Of a DNA stretch of 64,000 nucleotides, positions 37,744-45,848 are shown one piece after another. The position numbers were made by a program, and so were the translations under genes. Every line of letters starts with the position of its first letter. Within the stretch, counting starts at the first letter, position 1. The notes under the pieces are model-generated. The model saw only the letters and a list, made by a program, of their open reading frames with translations. It was not told where the DNA came from and ran no database searches. This DNA comes from Thermomicrobiales bacterium (GTDB lineage Bacteria; Chloroflexota; Chloroflexia; Thermomicrobiales; UBA6265), in contig JBBRVX010000001.1 in assembly GCA_038246475.1 (NCBI GenBank), positions 16,501-80,500 on the forward strand, written 5' to 3'.

Positions 37744-39702
37744 ATGGCATTTGGATACACCGGCAAGGTTCTGGTGGCGGACCTGACCGCGGGAACCCTC
37801 ACTGTCGATCAGCATGATGATGACTGGTACCGCAAGTACATGGGCGGCGCGGCCATGGCCATGGATTACATCCTGCGCGACTGCCCGCCGGGAGCCGATC
37901 CGCTGGGGCCCGAGAATGTCCTCGTCTTCGCGGTGGGACCCCTTACCGGAACGGCGATCTCCGGGCAGAGCCGCATGAGCGTCAACTGCAAGAGCCCGCT
38001 CTCCGGATTGATCGGCGATGCCCAGGTGGGTGGATTCTTCCCGGCCGAGCTGAAGATGGCCGGTTTCGACGCGGTGGTGGTCAAGGGCAAAGCCGAAAAG
38101 CCGGTCTACATCTGGATCAAGAATGGCGAGTTCGAGCTGCGCGATGCCTCGGCCTATTGGGGGATGCAGACCGGGCAGTTCGAAGACGCCATCCAGGCCG
38201 AACTGGGCGACAGCAAGTTGCAGACGATGACCATCGGCCGCGCTGGCGAGAACCTGGTGAAGTTCGCCTGCCCGATCACCTTCACCTCGCGCGCGCCGGG
38301 ACGGACCGGCACCGGCGCGGTGATGGGGAGCAAGAACCTCAAGTCGATCGTCATCCGCGGCACCGGCAAGGTGGCCGTGAACGATGCGGACGGCCTGAAG
38401 AAGCTGACGCACTGGGGCGCCAAGAACGTCCGCGTGAATGTGGCCATGGCCGGGTTGCAGAAGTACGGCACCGCCGAGACCGTGCTGGCCCAGCAATCGG
38501 TTGGCGGCTTGCCGACCCACAACTGGGATAGCGGCGTCTTCGAGCAGGCCGAGCAGATTTCCGGCGAGCGGATGTACGAGACGATCACCCTCAAGAACGA
38601 CACCTGCTATGCCTGCGCGGTGCGCTGCAAGCGCGTCGTCCAGGTCGAAGAGCTGGGGGTCGAAGGCCGGTTCGGTGGTCCCGAGTACGAGAACCTGGCC
38701 ACGCTTGGCTCGTACTGCATGATCTCCGACCTGGAGCGGGTCGCGCTGGCGAACCAGATTTGCAACAAGGAAGGGATGGACCCCATCGCCGTCGGCGCCA
38801 CCATCGGTTGGGCCATGGACGCCTTCGCCAAGGGCGAGATCACCCTGGAAGACACAGGAGGCCTGGCCCTGGAATGGGGCGACGCCGAAATGATGGTCAA
38901 GCTGACGGAGATGATTGCCACGCGGGAGGGCTTCGGCGATGTGCTGGCCGAAGGGATGACCGGCGCGGCGCAACGCCTCGGTGGACGTGGCGCCGATCTG
39001 ATCACCGCCGTCAAGGGCGGCGCCATGCCGGCGCACATGCCGCAGGTGAAGCGCTCGCTGGCGTTGATCTATGCCGTGAACCCTTTCGGGGCCGATCATC
39101 AGTCGAGCGAGCACGATCCCAGCTACAGTCCCGACTCCGACGAGGAGAGCCTGCGCCGGCTGGCCCTGCTCGGCCTGACCGATCCCCAGGATCCGCTGAA
39201 TCTGTCGGACGAAAAGGTCCGCTTTGCGCTGCTCACCCAGCAGTTCTATTCGCTGCTCGATTCCGCATCGGTCTGCCAGTTCGTCTATGGACCGGCCTGG
39301 CAGCTCTACGGCCCGGATCATCTTTCGGAGGCGTTGAACGCCGCCACCGGCTGGAACACCTCCGTCGATGAGCTCGTCGACGTCGGTGCGCGCAAGCTCA
39401 CCATGCAACGCCTCTTCAACGCGCGGGAAGGGGCCGGCCGCGACCAGGACAAACTGCCGAAGAAGCTCTTCAAGCCGCTGACCGGAGGGCCATCCGACGG
39501 ATATCACGTCACCGAAGAGCAGATGGAGTACGCGCTCGACCGCTACTACGCCATGGCCGGCTGGGACAAGATCACGGGAATGCCGACCGAGGCATCCCTC
39601 GACCGCTACGGGCTAGGCTGGGCCGGGGGCGCGGCCGGCGCTCATCCGTTGCCGGGGATGGGTGGGTTAGATCTTCCGGCGGGCTCAACCGCGTCGAAGT
39701 AG
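37744..39702 (+). CDS. aor: Tungsten-containing aldehyde:ferredoxin oxidoreductase (AOR family)
   Basis: AAGGAG Shine-Dalgarno. The N-terminus MAFGYTGKVLVADLTAGTL..W..KYMGG is like archaeal and bacterial AOR. Contains the CYAC..RCKR [4Fe-4S] motif region. 652 aa. Confidence 0.9.
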   Translation: MAFGYTGKVLVADLTAGTLTVDQHDDDWYRKYMGGAAMAMDYILRDCPPGADPLGPENVLVFAVGPLTGTAISGQSRMSVNCKSPLSGLIGDAQVGGFFPAELKMAGFDAVVVKGKAEKPVYIWIKNGEFELRDASAYWGMQTGQFEDAIQAELGDSKLQTMTIGRAGENLVKFACPITFTSRAPGRTGTGAVMGSKNLKSIVIRGTGKVAVNDADGLKKLTHWGAKNVRVNVAMAGLQKYGTAETVLAQQSVGGLPTHNWDSGVFEQAEQISGERMYETITLKNDTCYACAVRCKRVVQVEELGVEGRFGGPEYENLATLGSYCMISDLERVALANQICNKEGMDPIAVGATIGWAMDAFAKGEITLEDTGGLALEWGDAEMMVKLTEMIATREGFGDVLAEGMTGAAQRLGGRGADLITAVKGGAMPAHMPQVKRSLALIYAVNPFGADHQSSEHDPSYSPDSDEESLRRLALLGLTDPQDPLNLSDEKVRFALLTQQFYSLLDSASVCQFVYGPAWQLYGPDHLSEALNAATGWNTSVDELVDVGARKLTMQRLFNAREGAGRDQDKLPKKLFKPLTGGPSDGYHVTEEQMEYALDRYYAMAGWDKITGMPTEASLDRYGLGWAGGAAGAHPLPGMGGLDLPAGSTASK

Positions 39703-39767
39703 CGCGCGCCGAACACTCTCCCCTTTGATAGGGGGAAGTATGCAAGAGCGACGACCCTTAACACAAC

Positions 39768-39813
39768 AATAAGCCCCTCTCCCAGTGCGCTGGGAGAGGG
39801 GTTGGGGTGAGCG
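39768..39813 (+). repeat. REP-like palindromic intergenic repeat, copy C
   Basis: AATAAGCCCCTCTCCCAGTGCGCTGGGAGAGGGGTTGGGGTGAGCG is near-identical to copy B. Lies in the convergent gap between aor and the moaD-like gene. A small extra hairpin CTCCCCTTTGATAGGGGGAAG lies just upstream. Confidence 0.9.
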
Positions 39814-39852
39814 TTTTGCGCGACGGGAGCAGGCAGTTCGCACTCCCTCTCA

Positions 39853-40098
39853 TCAGCCCCCGGCGATTGGCCTCATGAAGAGCACTTCCGCGCCATCTGC
39901 CAGGAGCGCCGCGCGGTCGGCCTGCTGGCCGTTGATGAATGGACGGGTCTGCTTCAAGATCGACTCAGCGGTCTCATTGCGTGCCGCGAGCAGCGCGATC
40001 AGATCGGCGACTGTCGCATCGTCATCCAGCGCGACCTGCTCGCTCTTGCGCCCCAGCATGTCGCCGATGATTCCCTGATAGCGCACCGTCACGTCCAT
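39853..40098 (-). CDS. moaD: MoaD/ThiS-family ubiquitin-like sulfur-carrier protein
   Basis: 81 aa ending in ..RPIAGG (C-terminal Gly-Gly), with beta-grasp-like sequence. Adjacent to the aor/tup genes. Confidence 0.65.
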   Translation of the reverse strand: MDVTVRYQGIIGDMLGRKSEQVALDDDATVADLIALLAARNETAESILKQTRPFINGQQADRAALLADGAEVLFMRPIAGG

Positions 40099-40111
40099 CC
40101 TGGCCGCTCCC

Positions 40112-41242
40112 TCATAAACCCTGTTCGGCCCGCATCCGCAAGTGGTGGATCACTTCATCGCGAGTGAGCAGCCCCGTCAGGACACTGCCGTCGAAGACCG
40201 GCAGGAAGACGAGTTGATTCGAATCCATGAGCTGCACCGCGTCGAGCAGCTCGTCCGCGGGCGCCACACGGGGCAACTCGCCGATAGGCGTCATCACGTC
40301 TCCCGTGGTCAGTCGCGGCCAGTCCGCGCGGGGAAGCTGGGCCACGTCGCGCAGATTGAGCACTCCGATCGGGCTTCCTGCCGCCGTGACGATGAACGAG
40401 CCCTGCCCCTGGCCCAGGATGTTCTGCTCGACCAGCGTCTGCACGGAGACTGCGGCGTCAACTTCCGGCTCCCGCACGATCCCCATCACTTGCGACACGG
40501 AGGCGCCAGAGAGCTGCCCCTGCTGGCGGAAGGCCTTCATTTCACTGGTGGCGGCGTTGTGCAGAATGAACCCGATCATCACTGACCAGATGCCCCCGAA
40601 GACGTCGCCCTGGAACACCCGAAACGCGCCGAATCCCATTAACACGTACGCGATGATCTGCCCGGCGGTGCCGGCGACCTTGACGCCAGTGCCTTGCTTC
40701 TTGGTTGCGCCCCAGACGATCGACTCCAGGATGCGGCCGCCATCGAGCGGATAGCCGGGCAAGAGGTTGAAGAGCGCCAACAAGAGGTTGATGTTGGCCA
40801 GCCAATCCGCGGACGCGCCGAGATAGCCGCGGGCTCCAATGACCTGGCTCAACCCGAAAAAGAGCCCGGCCAGAACAAAGCTCGATGCGGGTCCGACAGC
40901 GGCCACGCGAAACTCGGCGGCCGCGCTCTTGGGTTTGCCCCCCAATTGGGCGATGCCGCCAAAAATATAGAGCGTGATGCTCTGCACTGAAATGTCGTTC
41001 CGCCGCGCTTCCCAGGCGTGCGCCAGCTCATGGACGAGGATGGACGCAAAAAAGATCAGCGCCGTCAGCAGTCCGGTCAGCCAGCGGTCGAGCGTGGTCA
41101 TTTCCGGGTGCTGGGTCGGCAGCACCCCCCCGGCCAGACTCCAGGTGACGATGCCGAGAATGAGAAACATGCTCGGATTGATCTGGAGCGGGATGCCCCA
41201 GGCATGTCCGATGACGATGTTGCCAGTGTTGTCGCCAGGCAT
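40112..41242 (-). CDS. M50-family site-2-type metalloprotease with a tandem CBS pair
   Basis: HELAHAW (HExxH) in a TM helix, LLPGYPLDGGR, and C-terminal CBS-like repeats. Confidence 0.85.
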   Translation of the reverse strand: MPGDNTGNIVIGHAWGIPLQINPSMFLILGIVTWSLAGGVLPTQHPEMTTLDRWLTGLLTALIFFASILVHELAHAWEARRNDISVQSITLYIFGGIAQLGGKPKSAAAEFRVAAVGPASSFVLAGLFFGLSQVIGARGYLGASADWLANINLLLALFNLLPGYPLDGGRILESIVWGATKKQGTGVKVAGTAGQIIAYVLMGFGAFRVFQGDVFGGIWSVMIGFILHNAATSEMKAFRQQGQLSGASVSQVMGIVREPEVDAAVSVQTLVEQNILGQGQGSFIVTAAGSPIGVLNLRDVAQLPRADWPRLTTGDVMTPIGELPRVAPADELLDAVQLMDSNQLVFLPVFDGSVLTGLLTRDEVIHHLRMRAEQGL

Positions 41243-41368
41243 GGAATTGACGCTACCTTGCTATGCAGCGGGGAGACCGCGGCAGATACCAGGAACCCGA
41301 GGCTCAGTGCCCCGGGTCCATCGTAGCGCAGGAGACGGCCCCGCGCTTCAGTCGAGATTGAACGGAGG

Positions 41369-41704
41369 TCAGGCGGCGGACTCGATCAGGCTGCTCCAGG
41401 TAAGCTCGAGCACGACCTCACGCGGCAGCAGGTATCCGCCGCGCTGACCCGCGATGTGGCCACTGACCCACCCGTCGCGGTCGAACCACTCGATCGCTCC
41501 ACCAACCGCGTACGCGCCACGCGCGTCGGCGAGGCCGGACGGTCGCTCCAGCTCCGGGTCCCAGAATTCGGCCAGCCACTCCGCGAAGACGGACGCCGCG
41601 GGATCGCCTTGCCAGAGCGCCTCGTGGCACGCGGACCAGGCATCGGCCATGAGCCGCGCTGCAGCGGTTTCTCCGCTCACCATGCGCGTCGGAACAGAAG
41701 ACAT
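41369..41704 (-). CDS. Hypothetical protein
   Basis: 111-aa ORF with strong GC3 bias, lying between the YugP-like and M50 genes. No motif recognised. Confidence 0.5.
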   Translation of the reverse strand: MSSVPTRMVSGETAAARLMADAWSACHEALWQGDPAASVFAEWLAEFWDPELERPSGLADARGAYAVGGAIEWFDRDGWVSGHIAGQRGGYLLPREVVLELTWSSLIESAA

Positions 41705-41749
41705 CGAACAAACTCCCTCAACAGTTGGTCCAGAATACGGCGGTAGGCG

Positions 41750-42454
41750 TTACTCGTCGCGGTTCATGCCGCCGACCATCATCACGTAGTAGAGGAGGGT
41801 CAGCAACGACGCGGCGAAGCTCGCCACGTACGTCCAGGCGGCGGAGTTGAGCACCGTGGCGACGCCGCGGCCTTCTTCACCGGTTTGCAGGCCGCCATCG
41901 ACGAGCCCCAGGTTTGCCAACGCCTCTTTTGCGCGGCGGGTGGCGTCGAACTCGACGGGGAGCGTGACCAGGGCAAAGACGGTCGCCAGGCCGAAAAGCG
42001 CCACGCCGGCCCAGGCCAGTTGCGTGAACTGGAGCACGATGCCCGCGATCAGGACGAATATGCCAAGGTTCGAGCCGATATTGACGGCCGGCACGATCGC
42101 GGTTCGTACCTGCAACGGAGCGTACGCCTTGGCGTGCTGGATGGCATGGCCGACTTCGTGGGCGGCGATGCCCATGGCCGCGATGCTCGGCGTGCCGTAC
42201 ACCCCCTGCGACAGGAAGAGGGTCCGGTTGCGGGGATCGTAATGGTCTGTCAGCTCGCCTTTGGTGGCCTCGACCGGCACGTTATAGAGCCCATTGGCGT
42301 CCAGAATGCGGCGGGCGACGTCGGCCCCGGTCAGATTGACGTCATTGCGCACTTTGCTGAATTTGGCGTAGCTCCCTTTGACCCGGCTCTGCGCCCAGAG
42401 CATCAGGATGAGCCCCGGGATCATGAACACGAAATACCTCGGATCGAAAAACAT
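41750..42454 (-). CDS. YugP-type membrane zinc metallopeptidase (Zn_peptidase_2)
   Basis: MFFDPRYFVFMIPGLILMLWAQ, TDHYDPR and the AAHEVGHAIQH zinc motif. Confidence 0.85.
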   Translation of the reverse strand: MFFDPRYFVFMIPGLILMLWAQSRVKGSYAKFSKVRNDVNLTGADVARRILDANGLYNVPVEATKGELTDHYDPRNRTLFLSQGVYGTPSIAAMGIAAHEVGHAIQHAKAYAPLQVRTAIVPAVNIGSNLGIFVLIAGIVLQFTQLAWAGVALFGLATVFALVTLPVEFDATRRAKEALANLGLVDGGLQTGEEGRGVATVLNSAAWTYVASFAASLLTLLYYVMMVGGMNRDE

Positions 42455-42856
42455 TGCCTGGGGCCTCTTTCTCTCTCATGCGGCAACGCCGCTGCCGGCT
42501 AACCCGAGTGTCGCCGAACCCCGGCCACGTCCCGGCCGGTGGGATGGCAAGGCGTAGTCGCCTTGCTTTCGATATCGATCACATCATCGTGGCGCCCGAT
42601 CGCACTGGAGAGCCGCGATTTCGGGGGATGATCGCGTGATGGCCAGGAGTGTTCGAGGCTGATCACGTGGCATCTCTCCAAAATGTAACGTTGCGCGCTG
42701 ATTCGAGGTTCCATAACCTGGCCGATACGCCATCGCATCCCCATCCTTCCGCAACGGCTTCGCGGCGCGGTCGCTTGATCGGGCAGGGGCCAGGTCCAAA
42801 AGCTCGGCGAGCATGTAAGCGCTCCTTGGCTAAGCTGTTTGGCCGGGTGTTTGATG

Positions 42857-42906
42857 CGAAAAACCCCGGCCACATCCGCATCGGATGAAGCCAGGGTCTG
42901 ACCGGG
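42857..42906 (-). terminator. Intrinsic terminator (minus strand)
   Basis: Minus-strand CCCGGTC..(inner hairpin CATCCG-ATG-CGGATG)..GGCCGGG followed by GTTTTTCG. Confidence 0.55.
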
Positions 42907-43014
42907 CGTTGCTAGTGCAACCTTCGCACGCTCTCTCGACCGGCGCCGAAGCGCGTATTGGCGGCCGAGAGGGTCGTCCCAGGTGACCTGGGACGATGGC
43001 TACTCCCCCTGTTA
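42857..43014 (-). ncRNA. Candidate ~155-nt structured sRNA, or alternatively a structured rpiA 3' UTR
   Basis: Minus-strand TTGCGA-N16-TATGAT (43048-43021) just after the rpiA stop. Then three perfect or near-perfect hairpins (9 bp at 42975-42995, 10-12 bp at 42933-42971, 5 bp at 42910-42923) and the terminator above. No plausible ORF. Confidence 0.3.
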
Positions 43015-43068
43015 ACGGTAATCATAGGCATTTGACGAAGAATCGCAAGATGGCGGAGCGACAGACAT

Positions 43069-43770
43069 TCACTCGTCGGATGGCCGCACTCTGTTCAGCA
43101 CGGTTCCGTCCGGATCAACCTGAAGTGACGCGTTGGCGATGCCCGCGAACAGACCATGCTCCACCACGCCGGGAATCGCCTTCACCGCCTCGGCCAGCCG
43201 CCTTGCATCGGTGATTGGCCCCGTGGCGCAGTCGAGGATGAAGCCTCCATTGTCTGTCACGAAGGCGCCGTCCGGTGCAGCCCCCGAACGGCGGAGTTCG
43301 GGAGTCAAGCCCAGGCCAGACAAACGTCCTGCCGTCTGCATCCAGCCAAATCGCACGACCTCGACCGGCAAGGCCGTCTGTACGCCAAGCCGCTCGACAC
43401 TTTTTTCGGTGCTCGCCACCAGGACGAAATCAAGGCAGGCCAGGGCCACCAGCTTTTCGTGGAGGAGTGCGCCGCCCTTGCCTTTGATGGCGTCGAGCGA
43501 GGGATCGATCTGGTCCGCGCCGTCGATGCCGAGATCGAGGCGCTGCACCTCTTCCAGCGTTGTCAAGGGAATGCCGAGCGAGCGCGCCAGCGTTTCGGTG
43601 CGTTTCGAGGTTGGCACTCCGGTAAAGTTCAATCCGTTCCCTACGCGCTGCCCGAGCTCGCGAATGACTGCATCGGCGGTGGAGCCGGTGCCCAGTCCGA
43701 CGCGCATGCCGTCACGCACCAGATCGGCGGCGGCGACGGCGAGGATGCGGAGTCGTTCCTGCTGTTCCAT
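43069..43770 (-). CDS. rpiA: Ribose-5-phosphate isomerase A
   Basis: GMRVGLGTGSTA, LGIDGADQID and KGKGGALLHEK signatures. Start at MEQQERL. Confidence 0.92.
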   Translation of the reverse strand: MEQQERLRILAVAAADLVRDGMRVGLGTGSTADAVIRELGQRVGNGLNFTGVPTSKRTETLARSLGIPLTTLEEVQRLDLGIDGADQIDPSLDAIKGKGGALLHEKLVALACLDFVLVASTEKSVERLGVQTALPVEVVRFGWMQTAGRLSGLGLTPELRRSGAAPDGAFVTDNGGFILDCATGPITDARRLAEAVKAIPGVVEHGLFAGIANASLQVDPDGTVLNRVRPSDE

Positions 43771-43772
43771 GG

Positions 43773-44570
43773 TCAGAACGATGCAGTGTCGAGCCGGGCG
43801 GCGGCGTCTTCGTCGACGAGCCAATCCAGCCGGCCATCCCCGGAGCTAGGCCGGATTGACTGCGCTGGGAGGGTGATGGGATCCTCTGGACCCTCCAGGA
43901 CCGCCGAAAGGGTCTGGGCCTTTCCCGGCCCCCCCACCAGAAAAAGGATCTCGCGGCCCGCGTCGAGCACCGGCGCGGTCAGCGTCAGGCGTTCTGCGCC
44001 CAGCTTGGGCACGAAATTGGAGACCGCGAGTGGTCCGTTCGCGGCCAGGGCCGTGGTATTGGGGAAGAGCGATGCGGTGTGGCCATCGTCACCCATGCCG
44101 AGCAGCACGAGATCGAAGCGTGGCATCTCCGTTGGCGTGCCGAACACCTCCCGGATTGCTCGTTCGTACTGCTCAGCAGCTTCGTCGGACGTGTCCGTGG
44201 CCGTATCCCAAGGATGAACATTATCAGGTGGGATAGGGACCAGATCAAGGAACCCCCGCTTTGCTTCGCCCGCGTTGCTCTCCGGTGAACCGAGGGGAAC
44301 GAATCGCTCGTCGCCCCAGAAAACGTGAACGTGACCCCAGGGAATGCGGGAGCGATAAGGCTCGCGGGCCAGAATGGAGCCCATCTGTTTCGGCGTGCTC
44401 CCTCCCGAGAGCGCGACAATGGCCCGCCCACGGGCGGCTATTGCCGTCTCCACGCCGCGCGCGAAGCGCTCCGCCGCGGCCCGGGCCAGCCCTGACCCAT
44501 CCGCGACGACCGTCACCATGCCGCGCGCCCCAAAATCGAGGGTTCGTGGTTCCTCCCCGTTCGGCGTCAA
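43773..44570 (-). CDS. pgl: 6-phosphogluconolactonase (start may be ATG 44519)
   Basis: ALSGGSTPK, VHVFWGDERFVP and LLGMGDDGHTASLFP motifs. Confidence 0.92.
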   Translation of the reverse strand: MTPNGEEPRTLDFGARGMVTVVADGSGLARAAAERFARGVETAIAARGRAIVALSGGSTPKQMGSILAREPYRSRIPWGHVHVFWGDERFVPLGSPESNAGEAKRGFLDLVPIPPDNVHPWDTATDTSDEAAEQYERAIREVFGTPTEMPRFDLVLLGMGDDGHTASLFPNTTALAANGPLAVSNFVPKLGAERLTLTAPVLDAGREILFLVGGPGKAQTLSAVLEGPEDPITLPAQSIRPSSGDGRLDWLVDEDAAARLDTASF

Positions 44571-45829
44571 TGTGGCGTTCCTCCCATGAACCCTGCTGGC
44601 GCCAGATCGGCGGCGAACGCCAGGGCCGCTTCGAACACGTGATCGCGGCCAAAGACCCGTAGCTCTTCCGCCAGAAGATCCGCTTCCGTGGGCAGCGGTG
44701 CAAAGACCGTGCGCAGCATGTTCGGCATGCCCGGAAAATCACTCGTGGTCGAAATTTCGTCATTGTCGAGCCGTTCGATCGAAAAGAACCCCGCCTTGCC
44801 ACTATCCGCGGCCAATCGGACATCAAGGAGGGTCGAGCCCGCCAACGGTCTGGCGGTCGGCCGCAATGTCAGCGTCACTTCACGTTGCTGGCCAGTTGCC
44901 CCGGCCCGGAGCGTCGCTCGCCAGGCGTTTGGATCGCCGCGCACGGGAAGGAGCTCTCCTGGCGTGCGCCAGTTCAACCGGGAGCCGAGCCACCCGGCAT
45001 AGAGGAGCGCGCCCGAAAAGCCAGACCACTGGTGCGTCGAGTTGCCGAAGGTCAGCGTGGCTTCATCGATGAGATCAAGGATTGGCAGCGCCGCGGGAAC
45101 GTCGAAAAACTGCGTGGTCAGCCTTCTCCAGGGACTGAGGCGAGCCCAGGCCAGGTCTCCTAGCGCCGCGCGGTCACGAGGAGCGCGAGCGAATTCGTCG
45201 AGTGTCTGCAACGCCCCGGCCGCCTGGCGCGACACGGCACTATCCACGATCAGGCGATCGCAGATCGTGACCAGCTCGGTGAAGAGTGGTCCGCCATCAA
45301 TGGTATCCGCCGACCACCAGAGAAAGTCAGGCAAATCGGGCACCAGCAGGGGTGACGCGATCGACGCCAGTTGACGCTCGTTTTCGGTGCTGACATCAAC
45401 CGTCAGGCACTCGAAGACAATGGCCGAGCGGCCTCGTGTCGCATCCTGCTCAAGCAGATCGACACGGACATCCATGCCAGTTGCATCGCTTTGCCCGCGC
45501 GCCGGATCAGCGATCAGAATCGTGGCTCGCGACGGGTAGATGTCCGAAAGCGAGGAGATCGTCGTCCGCACGCGATCGGCGTCCTCTTTGCCACGGGTCG
45601 CGGCGACGAGGTTGAGTGTTGATGCGCGCGCGGTCACAATTGATCCCAGGGAATCACGTGCCGTAACGCCGGCTACCGCTCCTTCGCCGGTGCTTCGTTC
45701 CTCATACCGCCGCCACAGATCGTTCAGGCGTGTCGTGATCTCGTTGGCATCGTGGACATGCGCCTGCCATGACGCGCCAGGCACCGGCCGGGCAATGGAA
45801 CGGGCGGCGTACGGTCGAGGTGCAGCCAT
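44567..45829 (-). CDS. opcA: Glucose-6-phosphate dehydrogenase assembly protein OpcA
   Basis: Position directly after zwf, size about 420 aa, and the LGDLAWARLSPWR motif recalled from OpcA proteins. Confidence 0.8.
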   Translation of the reverse strand: MAAPRPYAARSIARPVPGASWQAHVHDANEITTRLNDLWRRYEERSTGEGAVAGVTARDSLGSIVTARASTLNLVAATRGKEDADRVRTTISSLSDIYPSRATILIADPARGQSDATGMDVRVDLLEQDATRGRSAIVFECLTVDVSTENERQLASIASPLLVPDLPDFLWWSADTIDGGPLFTELVTICDRLIVDSAVSRQAAGALQTLDEFARAPRDRAALGDLAWARLSPWRRLTTQFFDVPAALPILDLIDEATLTFGNSTHQWSGFSGALLYAGWLGSRLNWRTPGELLPVRGDPNAWRATLRAGATGQQREVTLTLRPTARPLAGSTLLDVRLAADSGKAGFFSIERLDNDEISTTSDFPGMPNMLRTVFAPLPTEADLLAEELRVFGRDHVFEAALAFAADLAPAGFMGGTPH

Positions 45830-45848
45830 CGTAGCCCTTCCTCAGGCC

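Noticed and set aside
37537-39507. 656-aa minus-strand ORF opposite the AOR gene, and the 814-aa plus-strand extension from 37258
   Set aside because: The minus ORF is antisense junk. The plus-strand extension upstream of ATG 37744 overlaps the modE-like gene and the intergenic region and lacks a Shine-Dalgarno, whereas 37744 has AAGGAG.
42624-42665. GGGGATGATCGCGTGATGGCCAGGAGTGTTCGAGG, superficially like a tmRNA 5' end (GGGG..GATTCGA)
   Set aside because: There is no tRNA-like 3' end (T-arm/CCA partner), no tag-peptide reading frame ending in ..ALAA, and no pseudoknot-sized downstream region.
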